DNA of 64,000 bases from Desulfosudaceae bacterium (GCA_963674745.2 CAXXDV010000003.1:1024001-1088000), one strand, 5' to 3'. Positions 49,021-63,900 are shown, numbered from the stretch's first letter. The notes: generated by a model from the sequence alone, not told the origin. Made by a program: numbers and translations.

Positions 49021-51618
49021 ATGCAGGTTGAAAACGACAATGCAGGTCAGAACAGTTCCCCCGGCACAGATGTCTGTCCGGTCAGCAGTCTGAAAATAAC
49101 TGAAAAACCCGGGTGGACGGATATCCCTCTGGCCGAGGGGTATACCGTTACTTTCAAGTTTATCGGTGACCGGATTCTCCTGACGGTTCCCCGGGGATAC
49201 AGCGGCAGCCAGGGGATGGCGGCCCTTTTCCGGGAAAGAGAAAAAGCGCTCAACGAGATGCTCCCGGCAGGCGAAACGTATGTAGAATTGAGGGATTATA
49301 GCCGGATTTCGGGCAAACCCAACTGGAACGCCCGTAAACAGATGGTGGAGGGGTTGCGCTCCTGCCAGGATCGCATGCAGGGACTGGTTCTTTTTAATGC
49401 CCCGCCGGCCATAAGAATCGTGGCCGGTGTCGGTATGCGTCTTTATCATTACCCGTTCTGGGCCTGCATGGCTTCAGATTACCGGGATGCCGTAAACCGG
49501 GCATTGGAAATGTTGAAAAACGAAAAAACCGGTCAGCCTGAGGGCGACAGGCAGGCCGTTGTTCATCAGCCCCAAGACAACAAAAATTTTGAAGCATATG
49601 TTGATGAACTGGTGCGTTATATCGGCCAGATCAACTGGGAGACCGGGGAGGCAAACCACGTATCCGTAAAGCCGGATGACCACCCTTTTAAACCGGTATT
49701 CGAAGCCATTGATCTGTTAAAAGTGGATCTGGAAGATTTGATCCGGGAACGGGAACAGTCTTTACGGGATTTGATCGAAAAAGAAACCGAACAACGCAGA
49801 ATTATCGAAAGCATCGATGATGGATATTATGAATGCGATCTGACCGGAACCATTCTGGTTGCCAACGAGGCGTTTTGCAGGGCTTCCGGTTTTTCCCGGG
49901 AGTCGGTGATCGGCACCAATTACAGGGACAAGCTGGATCAGAAAAATGCGGACAAGGTGTTTGAAGCGTTCAACAAGGTTTTCAGGACAGGTAAGCCGGC
50001 CTACAACATTATCTATGAGATTGTAAATCCGGACGGAAAACTGTGCTATGTCGAGGCGACCACTTCACTGATCAGAGACAAGGAAGGAAAACCGGTCGGT
50101 TTCAGGGGAATTCTCCGGGATATATCAGAGCGGAAGAAAAACGAAGAATTTCTGATGATGTTCCGGCGCTTTGCCGAAGCCTCGGGTGAAGGTGTGGGAT
50201 GGTCCGACCTTGACGGTCGTATCGTGTATATCAATGAAACCATGTGCCGTATTCTGGGGGAAACCGACCTGGCATCTGCCAGAGGAAAGCGGGTCACCGA
50301 TTATTATGACAAAGAGACCAGCAAAAAGCTGATCAAGGAAACAAATCCGGTGGTCATGAATGAGGGGGAGTGGAAAGGAGAGCTTTTACTGAAAAGACCG
50401 GACGGCCGACAGATGCCGACACTGAACGATATTTTCTTGATCCGGGATGAAGACGGCCGACCGCTTTACCATGCCATTATTTCAAGGGATATTTCAGACC
50501 TGAAAGAGGCTGAGCAGGCCTTGCGGAAAAGCGAAGAAAAATACCGGATTCTGTATCAGCATGCCGGGGATGTTATTTTTATCGCCCAGGACGGTCTGGT
50601 CAAGTTCCCCAATCTTAGAGGGGAGGCCCTGTTCGGTTATACAAAAGAAGAGCTGGTCAACACCTCTTTTCTTTCCGTCATTCATCCGGATGACCGCGAA
50701 TTGGTGATGGAACGGCATATGAAGCGCCTGCGGGGAGAGCAGTTTGAGCAGACCTACTCTTTCCGCATATATAATAAAGCGGGAAAAATGTTGTGGGTGC
50801 AGATTACCAGTGTCTATATCGAATGGGAGGGCCGGCCGGCCGCCCTGGTTTTTTTAAGAGACATCACCCGCCAGCAGATAATGGAAGAACAACTCCGGCA
50901 GAAATATAAAATGGAGGCGGTCGGAACTCTGGCCGGCGGTATTGCACATGATTTTAATAATATTCTGGCCGGCATCATGGGGTATACGGATGTTATTGCC
51001 GGTGAAACACCGGAGGGCACAACCACCCATAAAAATCTGACCCAGATCCGCAAGTCGGTTTTACGGGCCAGGGGGCTTGTCAAGCAGTTGCTTTCGTTCA
51101 GCAAGTCAGCGGAACAGGATTACAGCCCGGTGAGCATGAATATGATGGTCACCGAAGTTTTGGAGATGATTCGTGCCTTATGCCCGCCAACGGTTGAAAT
51201 TATTAAAGAAGTATCCGAAAAAGATTGCCTGGTTTATGCCAACCCGGTCCAGATCCATGCTATTATACTCAATATTTGCAAGAACGCCCTTCAGGCAATG
51301 CCGGATGGCGGTCTTCTTGAGGTAACCTTGCAGCAGAATGATGATTCAGGTGCCGAAGCCGCAGACGAGTCGCATACCGGCAGCCGATATTGCCGCCTGA
51401 ACGTAAAGGACACGGGGGTGGGCATGTCGCCTGAGGACAAGGATCGCATATTTGAGCCCTACTTCACCACCCGTCCGCAGGGGCAGGGAACCGGACTCGG
51501 GCTTTCGGTCGTTCATGGCGTGGTAACCGGTCTGGAAGGCTTCATTTCGGTTGACAGCACACTCGGAAAAGGCACAACTTTAAAGATATCTTTGCCCATC
51601 ATGAGCCGTAGCGATTAG
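49021..51618 (+). CDS. soluble histidine kinase with three PAS domains
   Basis: 3 PAS/PAC units ending RDIS/RDIT; GGIAHDFNNIL, DTGVG, EPYFTT, GTGLGL. Confidence 0.92.
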   Translation: MQVENDNAGQNSSPGTDVCPVSSLKITEKPGWTDIPLAEGYTVTFKFIGDRILLTVPRGYSGSQGMAALFREREKALNEMLPAGETYVELRDYSRISGKPNWNARKQMVEGLRSCQDRMQGLVLFNAPPAIRIVAGVGMRLYHYPFWACMASDYRDAVNRALEMLKNEKTGQPEGDRQAVVHQPQDNKNFEAYVDELVRYIGQINWETGEANHVSVKPDDHPFKPVFEAIDLLKVDLEDLIREREQSLRDLIEKETEQRRIIESIDDGYYECDLTGTILVANEAFCRASGFSRESVIGTNYRDKLDQKNADKVFEAFNKVFRTGKPAYNIIYEIVNPDGKLCYVEATTSLIRDKEGKPVGFRGILRDISERKKNEEFLMMFRRFAEASGEGVGWSDLDGRIVYINETMCRILGETDLASARGKRVTDYYDKETSKKLIKETNPVVMNEGEWKGELLLKRPDGRQMPTLNDIFLIRDEDGRPLYHAIISRDISDLKEAEQALRKSEEKYRILYQHAGDVIFIAQDGLVKFPNLRGEALFGYTKEELVNTSFLSVIHPDDRELVMERHMKRLRGEQFEQTYSFRIYNKAGKMLWVQITSVYIEWEGRPAALVFLRDITRQQIMEEQLRQKYKMEAVGTLAGGIAHDFNNILAGIMGYTDVIAGETPEGTTTHKNLTQIRKSVLRARGLVKQLLSFSKSAEQDYSPVSMNMMVTEVLEMIRALCPPTVEIIKEVSEKDCLVYANPVQIHAIILNICKNALQAMPDGGLLEVTLQQNDDSGAEAADESHTGSRYCRLNVKDTGVGMSPEDKDRIFEPYFTTRPQGQGTGLGLSVVHGVVTGLEGFISVDSTLGKGTTLKISLPIMSRSD

Positions 51619-51947
51619 ATCCCTTCAGGCTATTAAATTTCTTTAAGGTGCTATAAAAATAATTAATGGTTTAATGCCGAAACTACATTTTTCGAAAAGG
51701 TTTCTTTATCCCCATGTGATCGTCAGGTTTAAAATTTATATTATTATTCAGTGTGTTATTATTAAACTGGGTTTGTGATCATTAATTTCCCAAATGCGGC
51801 ATGTTTTTTGTATGTTAAAGCATATCAAATAGTAGTTTAGTGTTTTCCCAGGGGAAGGTATCCTAAATGGAAACTGGCAGAACAAAGCCGCTGTTAAATC
51901 TTATGGCCCGTAAGTGGCCGCATCAAGGATAATAAAGGGAGTATGCC

Positions 51948-54900
51948 ATGAACAAATCACATCAAACCGACCGGTCGTTTTCTAAAATAACCGTTGGTAA
52001 AAGATTGCCGGGCGCGCCGGCTTTGCACGAGCGCCTGGTAAAATCAGCGCTGTGTCTCCTGGTTCTGATGGCAATGGGCCTGATGCTGACCACTGTTGCC
52101 ATGGCGGCCCCCGCCACATATTGGTGTAAAGATGGTGACGGCGATGGCTGGGGTGATCCCACTAATTGGGAGTATTGCAAAAAGAAGAATCTTCCGTCAG
52201 GGATATGGTACAAGTGGAGTACCGGCCTGTGCGAGGATTGCAACGACAGTGAAGCCGGTATCAACCCGGATGCGGACGAAATTTGCGGGGACGGCATCAA
52301 CAACAACTGTACTGGTGGGGTGGATGAAAGCTGTTACGACTGGTATCGGGACAGTGACATTGATAATTACGGCGATTCCAGTGACATTAAATCGGCCCAG
52401 ACCCAGCCGACGGGATATGTATTGGATTCTACCGATTGTGACGACACCCGGGGCGATGTCTACCCCAATGCCACTGAATTGTGCGACGGCGTGGACAATG
52501 ACTGCGACACCGACGTGGACGAAGGCTGCCAGACCTGGTACCGCGACGCCGACAACGACGGCTATGGCACGGCCGGTGACACCACTTCGGCCGCTTCAAA
52601 GCCGGCGGGTTATGTGGCCGACAATACGGACTGTGACGATACCCGCTCCAATGTCAACCCCGGCCAAAGCGAGATCTGCGACGGCCTGGACAACAATTGC
52701 GACGGCGATACGGATGAAGGCTGTGAGACCTGGTATGAGGACGCCGACGGTGACGGTTACGGCAATCCCGCTGTTTTCTTTAGCGGCCACAACCCGACCG
52801 GGTATGTTTCTAACAGCCTCGATTGTAATGACTTAAACGCCGCGATAAGTCCAGACGCAACCGAAGTCTGCGACGGTGTGGACAACAACTGTAACGGCGT
52901 TACGGATGAAGGCTGCCAGACCTGGTATCAGGACGCTGACGGCGACGGGTTTGGAAACCCGGCCGTAACCGCGTTCCTTTTTAACCCGCCGCCCGGCTAT
53001 GTGAGCGACAATACCGACTGTGACGATACCGACGCCGACATCTATCCGGGCGCGAATGAAATTGACGGCGACGGCATCGACAACAACTGCGACGGTCTGA
53101 CCGATGAAAGCAGTCTCTGGTATGAGGACAGCGACAACGACGGTTTTGGTAAGCCGGACGTGAGCACTACCGGCTTTTCCCAGCCGCCAGGATATGTTGC
53201 CGACAACACGGATTGTGATGACAGCGATAATTTTACTTACCCGGGCGCACCGGAGATATGCGATGACGGAATCGATAACAATTGCAACGGCGCCGTGGAT
53301 GAAGGGTGCAATACCTGGTATCGGGATGCCGACAACGACGGTTACGGAGACCCGGCTGTGTGGGTTATCGCCGATGCCAAACCCGCCGGTTATGATTATG
53401 TTTCCGACAACACGGACTGTGACGACAGCAATCCCCTTGTCAATCCCGCCGCTGACGAGCTCTGTTTAGACTCGATTGACAATAACTGCGACGGGCAAGT
53501 TAATGAAAATTGTTACGTCTGGTATGAGGACGGCGATGGTGACGGGTACGGTAATCCCGGAGTGACCACCTGGGCCACTTCACAACCGGGCGGTTTTGTA
53601 AACAACCTGCGGGATTGTGATGATACCGACGCGGCCGTCAATCCAGATGCCGCTGAAATCTGCGATGGTTATGACAACAACTGTAACGGTGTTATTGATG
53701 AAGGCTGCGAGGGGAAATGGTACCGGGACAGTGACGGTGACACTTACGGCGATTCGAGTGATTCTTCAGACACCCAGCAGCCGGGTTATGTACCCGTGCC
53801 GGGCGACTGTGACGACAGCAATCCCCTGGTTTATCCCGGCAGGGATGAAATCTGCAACGACGGAATCGACAACAATTGCGTAGGCGGCATTGACGAGGGC
53901 TGTCTTTACTGGTATCCGGATGATGACTTTGACGGCTTCGGCGATATCGATTCAGCCAGTGCCGTCAGGGCGTATGCGGCGCCGGCCGGATATACCGCCG
54001 ACCACTCGGACTGTAATGACGGCAACTCCGACATTAATCCCGACGCGACTGAAATCTGCAACGGTGCCGATGACGATTGCGACGGTTTTACGGACGAGGG
54101 CTGCGCTGACTGGTATCAGGATTATGATGGGGACGGATACGGCAATCCCGCGGTACCCGCCACTTCGGTCGTTCAGCCGGCGGGGTATGTGGACAACAGC
54201 CTCGATTGTGATGATGAAGACTCCAATGTCAATCCCGGTATGCACGAGGACTGCGCCAACAATGTTGATGATGATTGTGACGGTGAAATAGACGAAGGCT
54301 GTATTATCTGGTACCAGGACTTTGACGGTGACGGCTGGGGTAATTCCTCCGTCATTAAGGCCCTTGATACCCAACCGGACGGCTATGTGGAAAGGGGGGG
54401 GGATTGCAACGACCATAGCACCAGTATCAATCCCGGCGCTCTAGAAGTCTGTGATGATACCTTTGACAACAACTGTGACGGCAACATAAATGAAGGCTGC
54501 CAGGCCTGGTATTATGATAATGATGGTGATGGCTGGGGATCGGCTCTAGAGGATGATATCGGATACGCAACCACCCAGCCTGACGATTACGTAGACCGGG
54601 CCGGCGATTGCGATGACGAAGATGCTGCCGTCAATCCCGATGCGTCGGAAGTCTGTGACACCTATGATAATGACTGTGACGGTTTCACGGATGAAGGCTG
54701 CACGATCTGGTATGAGGACGGTGACCACGACGGATGGGGGTCGGCAACTTCCCAGGTGGCGATTACCGCCCCACCCAATTTCGTGGACATTACCGGTGAC
54801 TGTGACGATGCCGTTGCCGCCATTAATCCCGGCGCCGTCGAAATCTGTGACGGTATTGATAATAATTGCGATTTGAGTGTCGACGAGGGCTGCACCGACT

Positions 54901-57900
54901 GGTACCAGGACGCCGACGGCGACAACTACGGAGATGCGTCCGTTTCCGTTATTGATAATGTTCAGCCGGGTGGTTACGTGTCGGATAACACGGACTGTGA
55001 TGATGCCGTTTTCGCCGTCAACCCCGGTGTTGCCGAGGTATGCGACGACGGTATCGACAACAACTGTGACGGCGAAGCCGATGAAGGCTGTCAGGTCTGG
55101 TACCGGGACGCCGACAATGATACCTGGGGGGATATTGCCAATACGATGACCGGCAAGTCCCAGCCCCTCGGTTATGTTTACAGATCCGGTGACTGCGATG
55201 ATTCGGATGCCGCCATCAATCCCGACGCGGCCGAAGTATGCGACGGCGATGACAACAACTGCAATACCTATATTGATGAAGGTTGTCTGGACTGGTTTTT
55301 AGATGCTGATGGTGACGGATTCGGCGATCCCGCCACCCTGCAGACAGCCATCAACTTGCCGTCGCCGGATCATGTACTGAACGGCCTGGACTGCGTTGAT
55401 ACCGACGAGGACGTGAATCCGGACGCGGTTGAAATCTGCGACGGAATCGACAACAACTGTGACGGCAACACGGATGAAGGCTGCCTGACCTGGTATCGGG
55501 ACAGCGACGGCGACACCTACGGTGATCCGGGTGACACCACCGTTTCCCAGGTCCAGCCGCCCGGCTATATCCTTGACGGCACGGATTGCGATGACACCCG
55601 TTTGGAAGTCCATCCCGGGGCTGCGGAAATCTGCGACACCCTGGATAACAACTGTGACGGCGATACGGATGAAGGCTGCCTGACCTGGTATCGGGACAGC
55701 GACAGCGACACCTACGGTGATCCGGGTGTATCCACCGTTTCCCTGGTCCAGCCGGCCGGCTATGTGGCCGATAATACGGACTGCAATGATGCTGTTTTCG
55801 CCATCAACCCCGGTGTCGCCGAGGTATGTGCGGACGGCATTGACAACAACTGTGATGGTAACACGGACGAAGACTGCCTGACCTGGTATCGGGACAGTGA
55901 CGGCGACACCTACGGTGATCCGGGTGTATCCACCGTTTCCCAGGCCCAGCCGGCCGGCTATGTGGCCGATAATACGGACTGTGACGATACCGACGCGGCC
56001 ATCCATCCCGGCGGTGTGGAAGTGTGCGACGGCGATGACAACAATTGTAACGGCGACACGGACGAGGGCTGCCTGACCTGGTACCGGGACGCCGATGGTG
56101 ATAATTACGGTGATCCGGCATTGCCTAGCGTGTCCCAGACCAAACCGGTCGGGTTCGTGCTTGACAACACCGATTGCGATGATAGTGATCCGCTCATCAA
56201 CCCCGGTGCCCTGGAATTGTGTGACGCGGGACTGGATGATGAAGACTGTGACGGCGATGTAAACGAAGGCTGTCTGACCTGGTACTGGGACGGTGACGCC
56301 GATAATTACGGCGATCCGGCAACATCTGTTTATTCCCAGGTCCAGCCGGGCGGGTATCTGCTTAACGGCACGGATTGCGACGATACCAACGCGGCCATCC
56401 ATCCCGGGGCGGCGGAAATCTGCGACACCCTGGATAACAACTGTGACGGTAACACGGATGAGGGCTGTTTGACCTGGTATCGGGACAACGACAGCGATAC
56501 CTACGGTGATCCGGGTGTATCCACCGTTTCCCTGGTCCAGCCGGCCGGCTATGTGGCCGATAATACGGACTGTGACGATACCGACGCGGCCATTAACCCG
56601 GGCGCGCCTGAAGTGTGCGACGGCGTTAATGACGAGAACTGCGACGGCAGCGTGGATGAAGGCTGCCTGACCTGGTACGAGGACAGTGATGGCGACAATT
56701 ACGGCAACCCGGGCGTGTCCGTCGATGCTGTCATTCCGCCGCCCGGCTATGTGTCCGACAACACCGATTGTGACGATACCAACGCGACGATCCATCCCGG
56801 TGGTGTGGAAGTGTGCGACGGCGTTAATGACGAGAACTGCGACGGGTCGGTGGACGAAGGCTGCCTGACCTGGTACGAGGACAGTGACGGCGACAAATAC
56901 GGCAACCCGGGCGTGTCCGTCGATGCTGTCATTCCCCCGCCCGGCTATGTGTCCGACAACACCGATTGTGACGATACCAACGCGACGATCCATCCCGGTG
57001 GTGTGGAAGTGTGCGACGGCGTTAATGACGAGAACTGCGACGGGTCGGTGGACGAAGGCTGCCTGACCTGGTACGAGGACAGTGATGGCGACAATTACGG
57101 CAACCCGGGCGTGTCCGTCGATGCTGTCATTCCGCCGCCCGGCTATGTGTCCGACAACACCGATTGTGACGATACCAACGCGACGATCCATCCCGGTGGT
57201 GTGGAAGTGTGCGACGGCGTTAATGACGAGAACTGCGACGGGTCGGTGGACGAAGGCTGCCTGACCTGGTATCGGGACAGTGACGGCGACAAATACGGCA
57301 ACCCGGGCGTGTCCGTCGATGCTGTCATTCCGCCGCCCGGCTATGTGTCCGACAACACCGATTGTGACGATACCAACGCGACGATCCATCCCGGTGGTGT
57401 GGAAGTGTGCGACGGCGTTAATGACGAGAACTGCGACGGGTCGGTGGACGAAGGCTGCCAGACCTGGTACCTGGACAACGACGGCGACAATTACGGCGAT
57501 GCCGGCGTTTCCATGACGTCCAACTTCCAGCCGCCCAATTATGTGCTGGACAACACCGACTGTGACGATGGCGATGCCGCCATCAACCCGGCCGGCACGG
57601 AAATCTGTGATGGCCTCAATGACGAGAACTGCGACGGGTCGGTGGACGAAGGCTGCCGGACCTGGTTCCGGGACAGCGACGGCGACAATTACGGCGATGC
57701 CGGTGTGTCTACCATTGGCGTGGTTCAGCCGGGCGGATATGTGCTGGACAACACCGACTGTGATGATACTGAACCATTGAGGAACCCGGGTATGGCCGAA
57801 GTCTGCGGGGATACCCTGGACAATGATTGCAACGGGCTGGTGGATGACAGTTGCGCCAACTGGTACAAGGATACTGATGGTGACGGTTATGGCGATCCGG

Positions 57901-60900
57901 CTGTGCCAAGTATGGCCGTAGGTCAACCGGCTGGATACGTGGGCAAGGCTGGTGATTGCGACGACACCGAGTTCAACATCAACCCCGGTGTAGTAGAGGT
58001 GTGCGACGGCGCGGTAGATGAAAACTGCAACGGCCAGGTGGATGAAGGCTGTCTGACCTGGTATATTGACTCTGATGGCGATGGTTATGGCACTAACTGG
58101 TCTGTCGTGCAATCCATCACCCAGCCGGCCGGATACGTGTTAAAAGACGGCGACTGCGTTTTCGATAACCCGGCGATACATCCGGGTGCTTTGGAGGTCT
58201 GCGACGGTGATGACAATAATTGTGACGGCAACGTGGATGAAGGCTGTCTGACCTGGTACGAGGACAGCGACGGCGACTCTTACGGGAATGCGGCCGTTTC
58301 CTCGACAGCCATCGTGCCGCCGGCCGGATATGTGCTTGACGACACGGATTGTGACGACACGAATTTTAATGTCAACCCGGGCGCGATTGAAGTGTGCGAC
58401 GGCGTCAATGACGAGAACTGCGACGGGTCGGTGGACGAAGGCTGTAATACCTGGTACCAGGACAGTGACGGCGACGGGTACGGTAACGCCGGCGTTACGG
58501 CCGTGCATATCGTGCCGCCGGCCGGCTGGGTGCTTGACGGTACGGATTGTGACGACACGAATTTTAATGTCAACCCGGGCGCGATTGAAGTGTGCGACGG
58601 CGTCAATGACGAGAACTGCGACGGGTCGGTGGACGAAGGCTGTAATACCTGGTTCCAGGACAGTGACGGCGACGGGTACGGTAACGCCGGCGTTACGGCC
58701 GTGCATATCGTGCCGCCGGCCGGCTGGGTGCTTGACGATACGGACTGTGACGACACGAATTTTAATGTCAACCCGGGCGCGATTGAAGTGTGCGACGGCG
58801 TCAATGACGAGAACTGCGACGGGTCGGTGGACGAAGGCTGTAATACCTGGTTCCAGGACAGTGACGGCGACGGGTACGGTAACGCCGGCGTTACGGCCGT
58901 GCATATCGTGCCGCCGGCCGGCTGGGTGCTTGACGGTACGGACTGTGACGACACGAATTTTAATGTCAACCCGGGCGCGATTGAAGTGTGCGACGGCGTC
59001 AATGACGAGAACTGCGACGGGTCGGTGGACGAAGGTTGTAATACCTGGTACGAGGACAGTGATGGCGACAATTACGGCAACTCGGGCGTGTCCGTCGATG
59101 CTGTCATTCCGCCGCCCGGATATGTTCTTGACGACACGGATTGTGACGACGGTGATTTCAACATTCATCCCGGGGCAGTGGAGGTGTGCGACGGCACCAA
59201 TGACGAGAACTGTGACGGCAGTGTGGACGAAGGCTGCCAGACCTGGTACCGGGACGCCGACAGTGACGGTTACGGGGATCCGTCTGACAACATGGTTACC
59301 ATTATCCAGCCGCCGGGTTATATTTCCGACAACACCGACTGCGACGACACCAAGGCCGCGGTCAATCCCGGTGCGACCGAAGTGTGCGACGGCATCGACA
59401 ACAACTGTGCCGGTGGCATAGATGAAGGCTGTGACTTCTGGTACCGGGACAACGACCATGACAACTTTGGTAATCCCGGGGTGTCTGTCTGGGCCGTGAT
59501 CCAGCCGGCCGGCTATGTAAACGATTTTACGGATTGTGATGACAGCGATGCCGCCATTAATCCGGCTGCTGTGGATATATGCGGCGACGGTGTTGACAAC
59601 AACTGCGACGGCTCGACTGATGAAGATTGCCTTGATTGGTATCGTGACCTTGACGGGGACAACTTCGGGTATATTGGCGATAAACATGTTTCACGCGTCC
59701 CGCCTGCCGCGAATTATATCTCCGACAACACGGACTGCAACGACAACAATCCCGCAGTGTATCCCGGTGCGGCAGAAGTGTGCGACTCCATCGATAATGA
59801 TTGTGACGGCGACACCGATGAAGGCTGCCAGACCTGGTACGAGGACAATGACGGCGACGGTTACGGCAACTCCGCTGCGCCTCAGACAAGCCCGAGCCGG
59901 CCGGCCGGTTATGTCTTTAACGACACGGACTGCGACGACACCGACCCGGCCATCCATCCCGGCGGTGTGGAAGTGTGCGACAGCGTTGACAACAACTGTG
60001 ACGGCGACACCGATGAGGGCTGCCAGACCTGGTATGCGGACGACGATAGTGACGGTTACGGGGATTCGTCTGACAGCATGGATACCATTATCCAGCCGCC
60101 GGGCTATGTGTCCGACAACCAGGATTGTGACGACACCAATCCGGCCATCCATCCCGGAGTGCCTGAAGACTGTGACGGCGTTGACAACAACTGTGACAGC
60201 CAGACAGATGAAGGCTGCATGATGTGGTATCAGGATCTGGACGGGGATAATTACGGAAACCCGGGTGTAGTCCTTAATGAAGTCATCCAGCCGGCGGGTT
60301 ATGTGTCTGACAACACGGATTGCAAGGATGACAACCCGGCCATTCATCCCGGAGTTCCTGAAGACTGCAATGATAGTTTTGACAATGATTGTAACGGGTT
60401 GGTTAATGACGGTTGCATGACGTGGTTCCAGGACGTTGACAGTGACGGATACGGTAACGCTTCTGTTTCCGTAGATGAAGTCGTCAAGCCGTTCGGTTAT
60501 GTGGCCGACAACACCGATTGCGACGACACCAAGGCCTTTGTTAACCCCGGCATTCTGGAAGTTTGCGACGGCTTCGACAATGATTGCGACGGCGGCGTGG
60601 ACGAGGGCTGCCGGACCTGGTATCAGGACAATGACCACGACGGTTTCGGAACCGGCACTACCGCTACGGCGGTTTTACAGCCGGGCGGTTACACGGCCCT
60701 GACCGGTGATTGTGACGACACCAATCCGGCGATTCACCCCGGCGCCCTGGAAATCTGCGACACCATCGACAATGATTGCGAAGGCGGCATAGACGAGGGC
60801 TGCCGGACCTGGTATCAGGACAATGACGGTGACGGTTTCGGTTCGACGAATACTGGCGAGGCTGTTGGCTCCTTACCCGGTTACGTGGCCGAACCCGGCG

Positions 60901-63900
60901 ACTGTAATGACGGTGATAACACCATCTATCCCGGCGCCGGTGAAATCTGTGACACCATTGATAATGATTGCGACGGCGACACTGATGAAGGCTGCACCAC
61001 CTGGTATGAGGATGCTGATGGCGACGGTTACGGTAACCCGTCAGTTTTCACGGAGTCCATTCCTCAGCCGATCGGCTATGTTGACGTGGCCGGTGACTGT
61101 GACGATGACCCGGTCACCGGTCCTGCGGTGAACCCCGGTGTCGCTGAGGTCTGTGAAGACGGTATCGACAACGATTGTGACGGTGAAATCGACGAAGGAT
61201 GTATTAACTGGTATCAAGATGGTGACGGTGACGGCTACGGGGATAATACTGTTACGGTTGTCGATAATCATATCCCGCCCGGCTTTGTTTCTGATAATAC
61301 GGATTGTGACGATACCAACCATGACATCAACCCCGGACAACTTGAACTTTGCGAAGACGGTATTGATAACGACTGTGACGGCGACGTGGATGAAGGCTGT
61401 CAGACCTGGTATGAGGATGCTGACGGCGATACCTACGGCAACAGCGTCACCACCTCGGTTTCGGTCTCCAATCCGGGCGGCTATGTGACCCGGGACGGTG
61501 ACTGTAATGATTCCGATGCCGCCATAAACCCCGCCGCTGTTGAAGTCTGTGACGGTAAGGACAATGACTGTGATACGGTTGTGGACGAGCGCTGCCAGAA
61601 CTGGTTCGAGGACCTTGACGGCGACGGGTTCGGATCATCCACAACAATTGTGTCCGATACCCGTCCTGACGACTATATCGATATCAGCGGTGACTGCGAT
61701 GACAGTGATCCTGACATTAATCCCAATGCGATTGAAATCTGCGACGGCAAAGACAACGATTGCGATGGCGACAGGGATGAAGGTTGTCTCGTCTGGCACC
61801 TGGATAATGACGTGGACAATTATGGAGACAACAATTTCGTCCAATGGACCGTTTTCCGGCCGCCGGGACACGTAATTGCCGGCGGTGATTGTAACGACGC
61901 TAACAACCAGATTCATCCTTATCGTCTGGATCTTTGTGACGATTTGGACAATGACTGTGACGGCGCCGTTGATGAAGATGTGCCGGATTCCGAAAAGACC
62001 AATTACTACCTGGATTCGGACGGCGACGGATACGGCAACCCGGCCAGTTATATGTTTGAATGTAATTCACCGGGTTTCAATTATGTTCTGAACAATCTGG
62101 ACTGCAATGACTCTGCGGCCGCCATCCATCCCGGCGCCTTCGATATCTGTGACAATGGTACCGACGAGGACTGCTCCGGTGCTGACCGCGCTTGCGGGTC
62201 ATCCACCACCAAAGGCTGTGCCGACCTGGCCGACCAGCCCCTGGAAACCCAGGTCGAGTCCTCGACGCCGGTTGTCATGTTTGTCGTGGACAACTCCGGC
62301 AGTATGGCCTGGGATGTCATGTGCGCCGGCGAGGACAACGGGCTTTACAAGGGAAACAGCAGTGCCGCCGCCGGCAGTAGTGAATACTGGCAGACCCAGT
62401 ATTCGGGTATCAACAGTATCTATTACGACCCGACCATTGAATATGAACCCTGGCCGGGATATCCCGTGGCAAATTCGGATGACCCCCGGTCGCTCCCGTA
62501 TCAATCAGGCACCATCGATCTGGATTGGGAATTCGAAGACATCGACGGTGCTTTAAGTGTCAAGTACGCCCATTATTATGCCTGGTCGTCTACGGAGCAG
62601 CGGCCTTACCTGGTGATTATCAACAACACCAGTGTGACCTATTACCGGATCGATCCGCCGGGAGATAATGAGATTGATCCCCAGCACGTGAGCGGACCGA
62701 TAGCGGCGGACTCTGTTCCGGACGACGCCATCATCCCCCAGGCCTGGGCGGACGGTAACAAGGAGTGTTCGGCCGCTGAAGCCGCTGTGGCCCGGCAGAA
62801 TTTTGCCAACTGGTACCAGTACTACCGGACACGCATGCTGACCGCTACCTATACCATGGCCAAAGTGGTAGCCGAGGTCGGAGACATCGAGGTCGGCTTT
62901 CAAATGCTTCATGACAACTCCTCCTCGGTCAGCGATTTTCTGTTCCCGCTGGCCGTGAACAATACAGCCCAGGGCCAGATCAACCGGCAGGCGGTTCTGG
63001 ATTTTATTTATGCTGCCAGCCGGCCCAATGGCGGTACGCCGTTACGGACCACATTTAAAAGGATCGGCAACTTTTATGACCAGTCCGTCAATGACGGCCG
63101 GTCCTCGCCATGGGCCGCTGCGACAGACGGCGGTGAATGCCAGCTGGCGTTTACGATTCTGATGACCGACGGCTACTATAATGGCTCAAGCCCCAACATG
63201 CCGGATACGGACGGTGACAACAACACGGATTATGACGGCTCGCCTTACGGGGACAACTATGGTCAGGGCAACACCCTGGCGGATATCGCCATGCATTATT
63301 ATGAAAGGGATCTGCATACAGGCCTGAACAATTATGTGCCGGTCACTTCTACTGATCCGGCCAACCATCAGCATATGGTGACCTACAGTATTTCTTTCGG
63401 CGTGATCGGCAGCCTGGATCCAAAAGGGTATATATTCAACTCGGGATCATCCACCTGCGCTGCGGGATCGGCATCTACCTGCACGGATGAGTCACCGTGT
63501 GAATGCGCACCTTACTGGCCGTTTGTCACCACCAGCAATACCGACACCACAATCGACGACCTTTATCATGCCGCTGTCAACGGAAGGGGTAAATATTATG
63601 CCACTACCAATGTCCAGCAGCTTGCCTATGCCCTGTCGACCATCCTTGGGGAAATCGCCGACCGCAGGGGGTCCGGTGCATCAGTGGCCGTCAATACCCA
63701 GGCCCTGGAAGAGGATACCCTGTTGTACCAGGGCTTTTACGAGTCCGCCAACTGGAGCGGTGACCTGACCGCCTGGGCGATTTATGATAAAGATGATGAT
63801 GCTGATCCGCCTCAATATTTCAAAGGTGATGTCGCTGATTCCTGGACCTGGTCCGCTGCGAACATACTGGATAATCGGAATCTTGCTTCCGACCCCCGAA

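Noticed and set aside
51797..51930. c-di-GMP riboswitch or sigma54 promoter before the adhesin
   Set aside because: Only a loose CAAAGCC resemblance without the GEMM stems; CGGCATGTTTTTTGTA has a non-consensus -12. Too weak to call.
56610..59050. Regular repeats as a CRISPR array
   Set aside because: 198-bp in-frame coding units with no unique spacers and no cas genes.
55299..60638. Long minus-strand ORFs (937, 515, 315 aa) rich in V/I/A/H
   Set aside because: Antisense shadows of the Asp/Cys/Asn-rich repeat gene; same periodicity, no independent motifs.
52096..63768. Many Thr-rich plus-strand ORFs (MTATxTATR...)
   Set aside because: Off-frame readings of GAC/TGC codons in the giant ORF.
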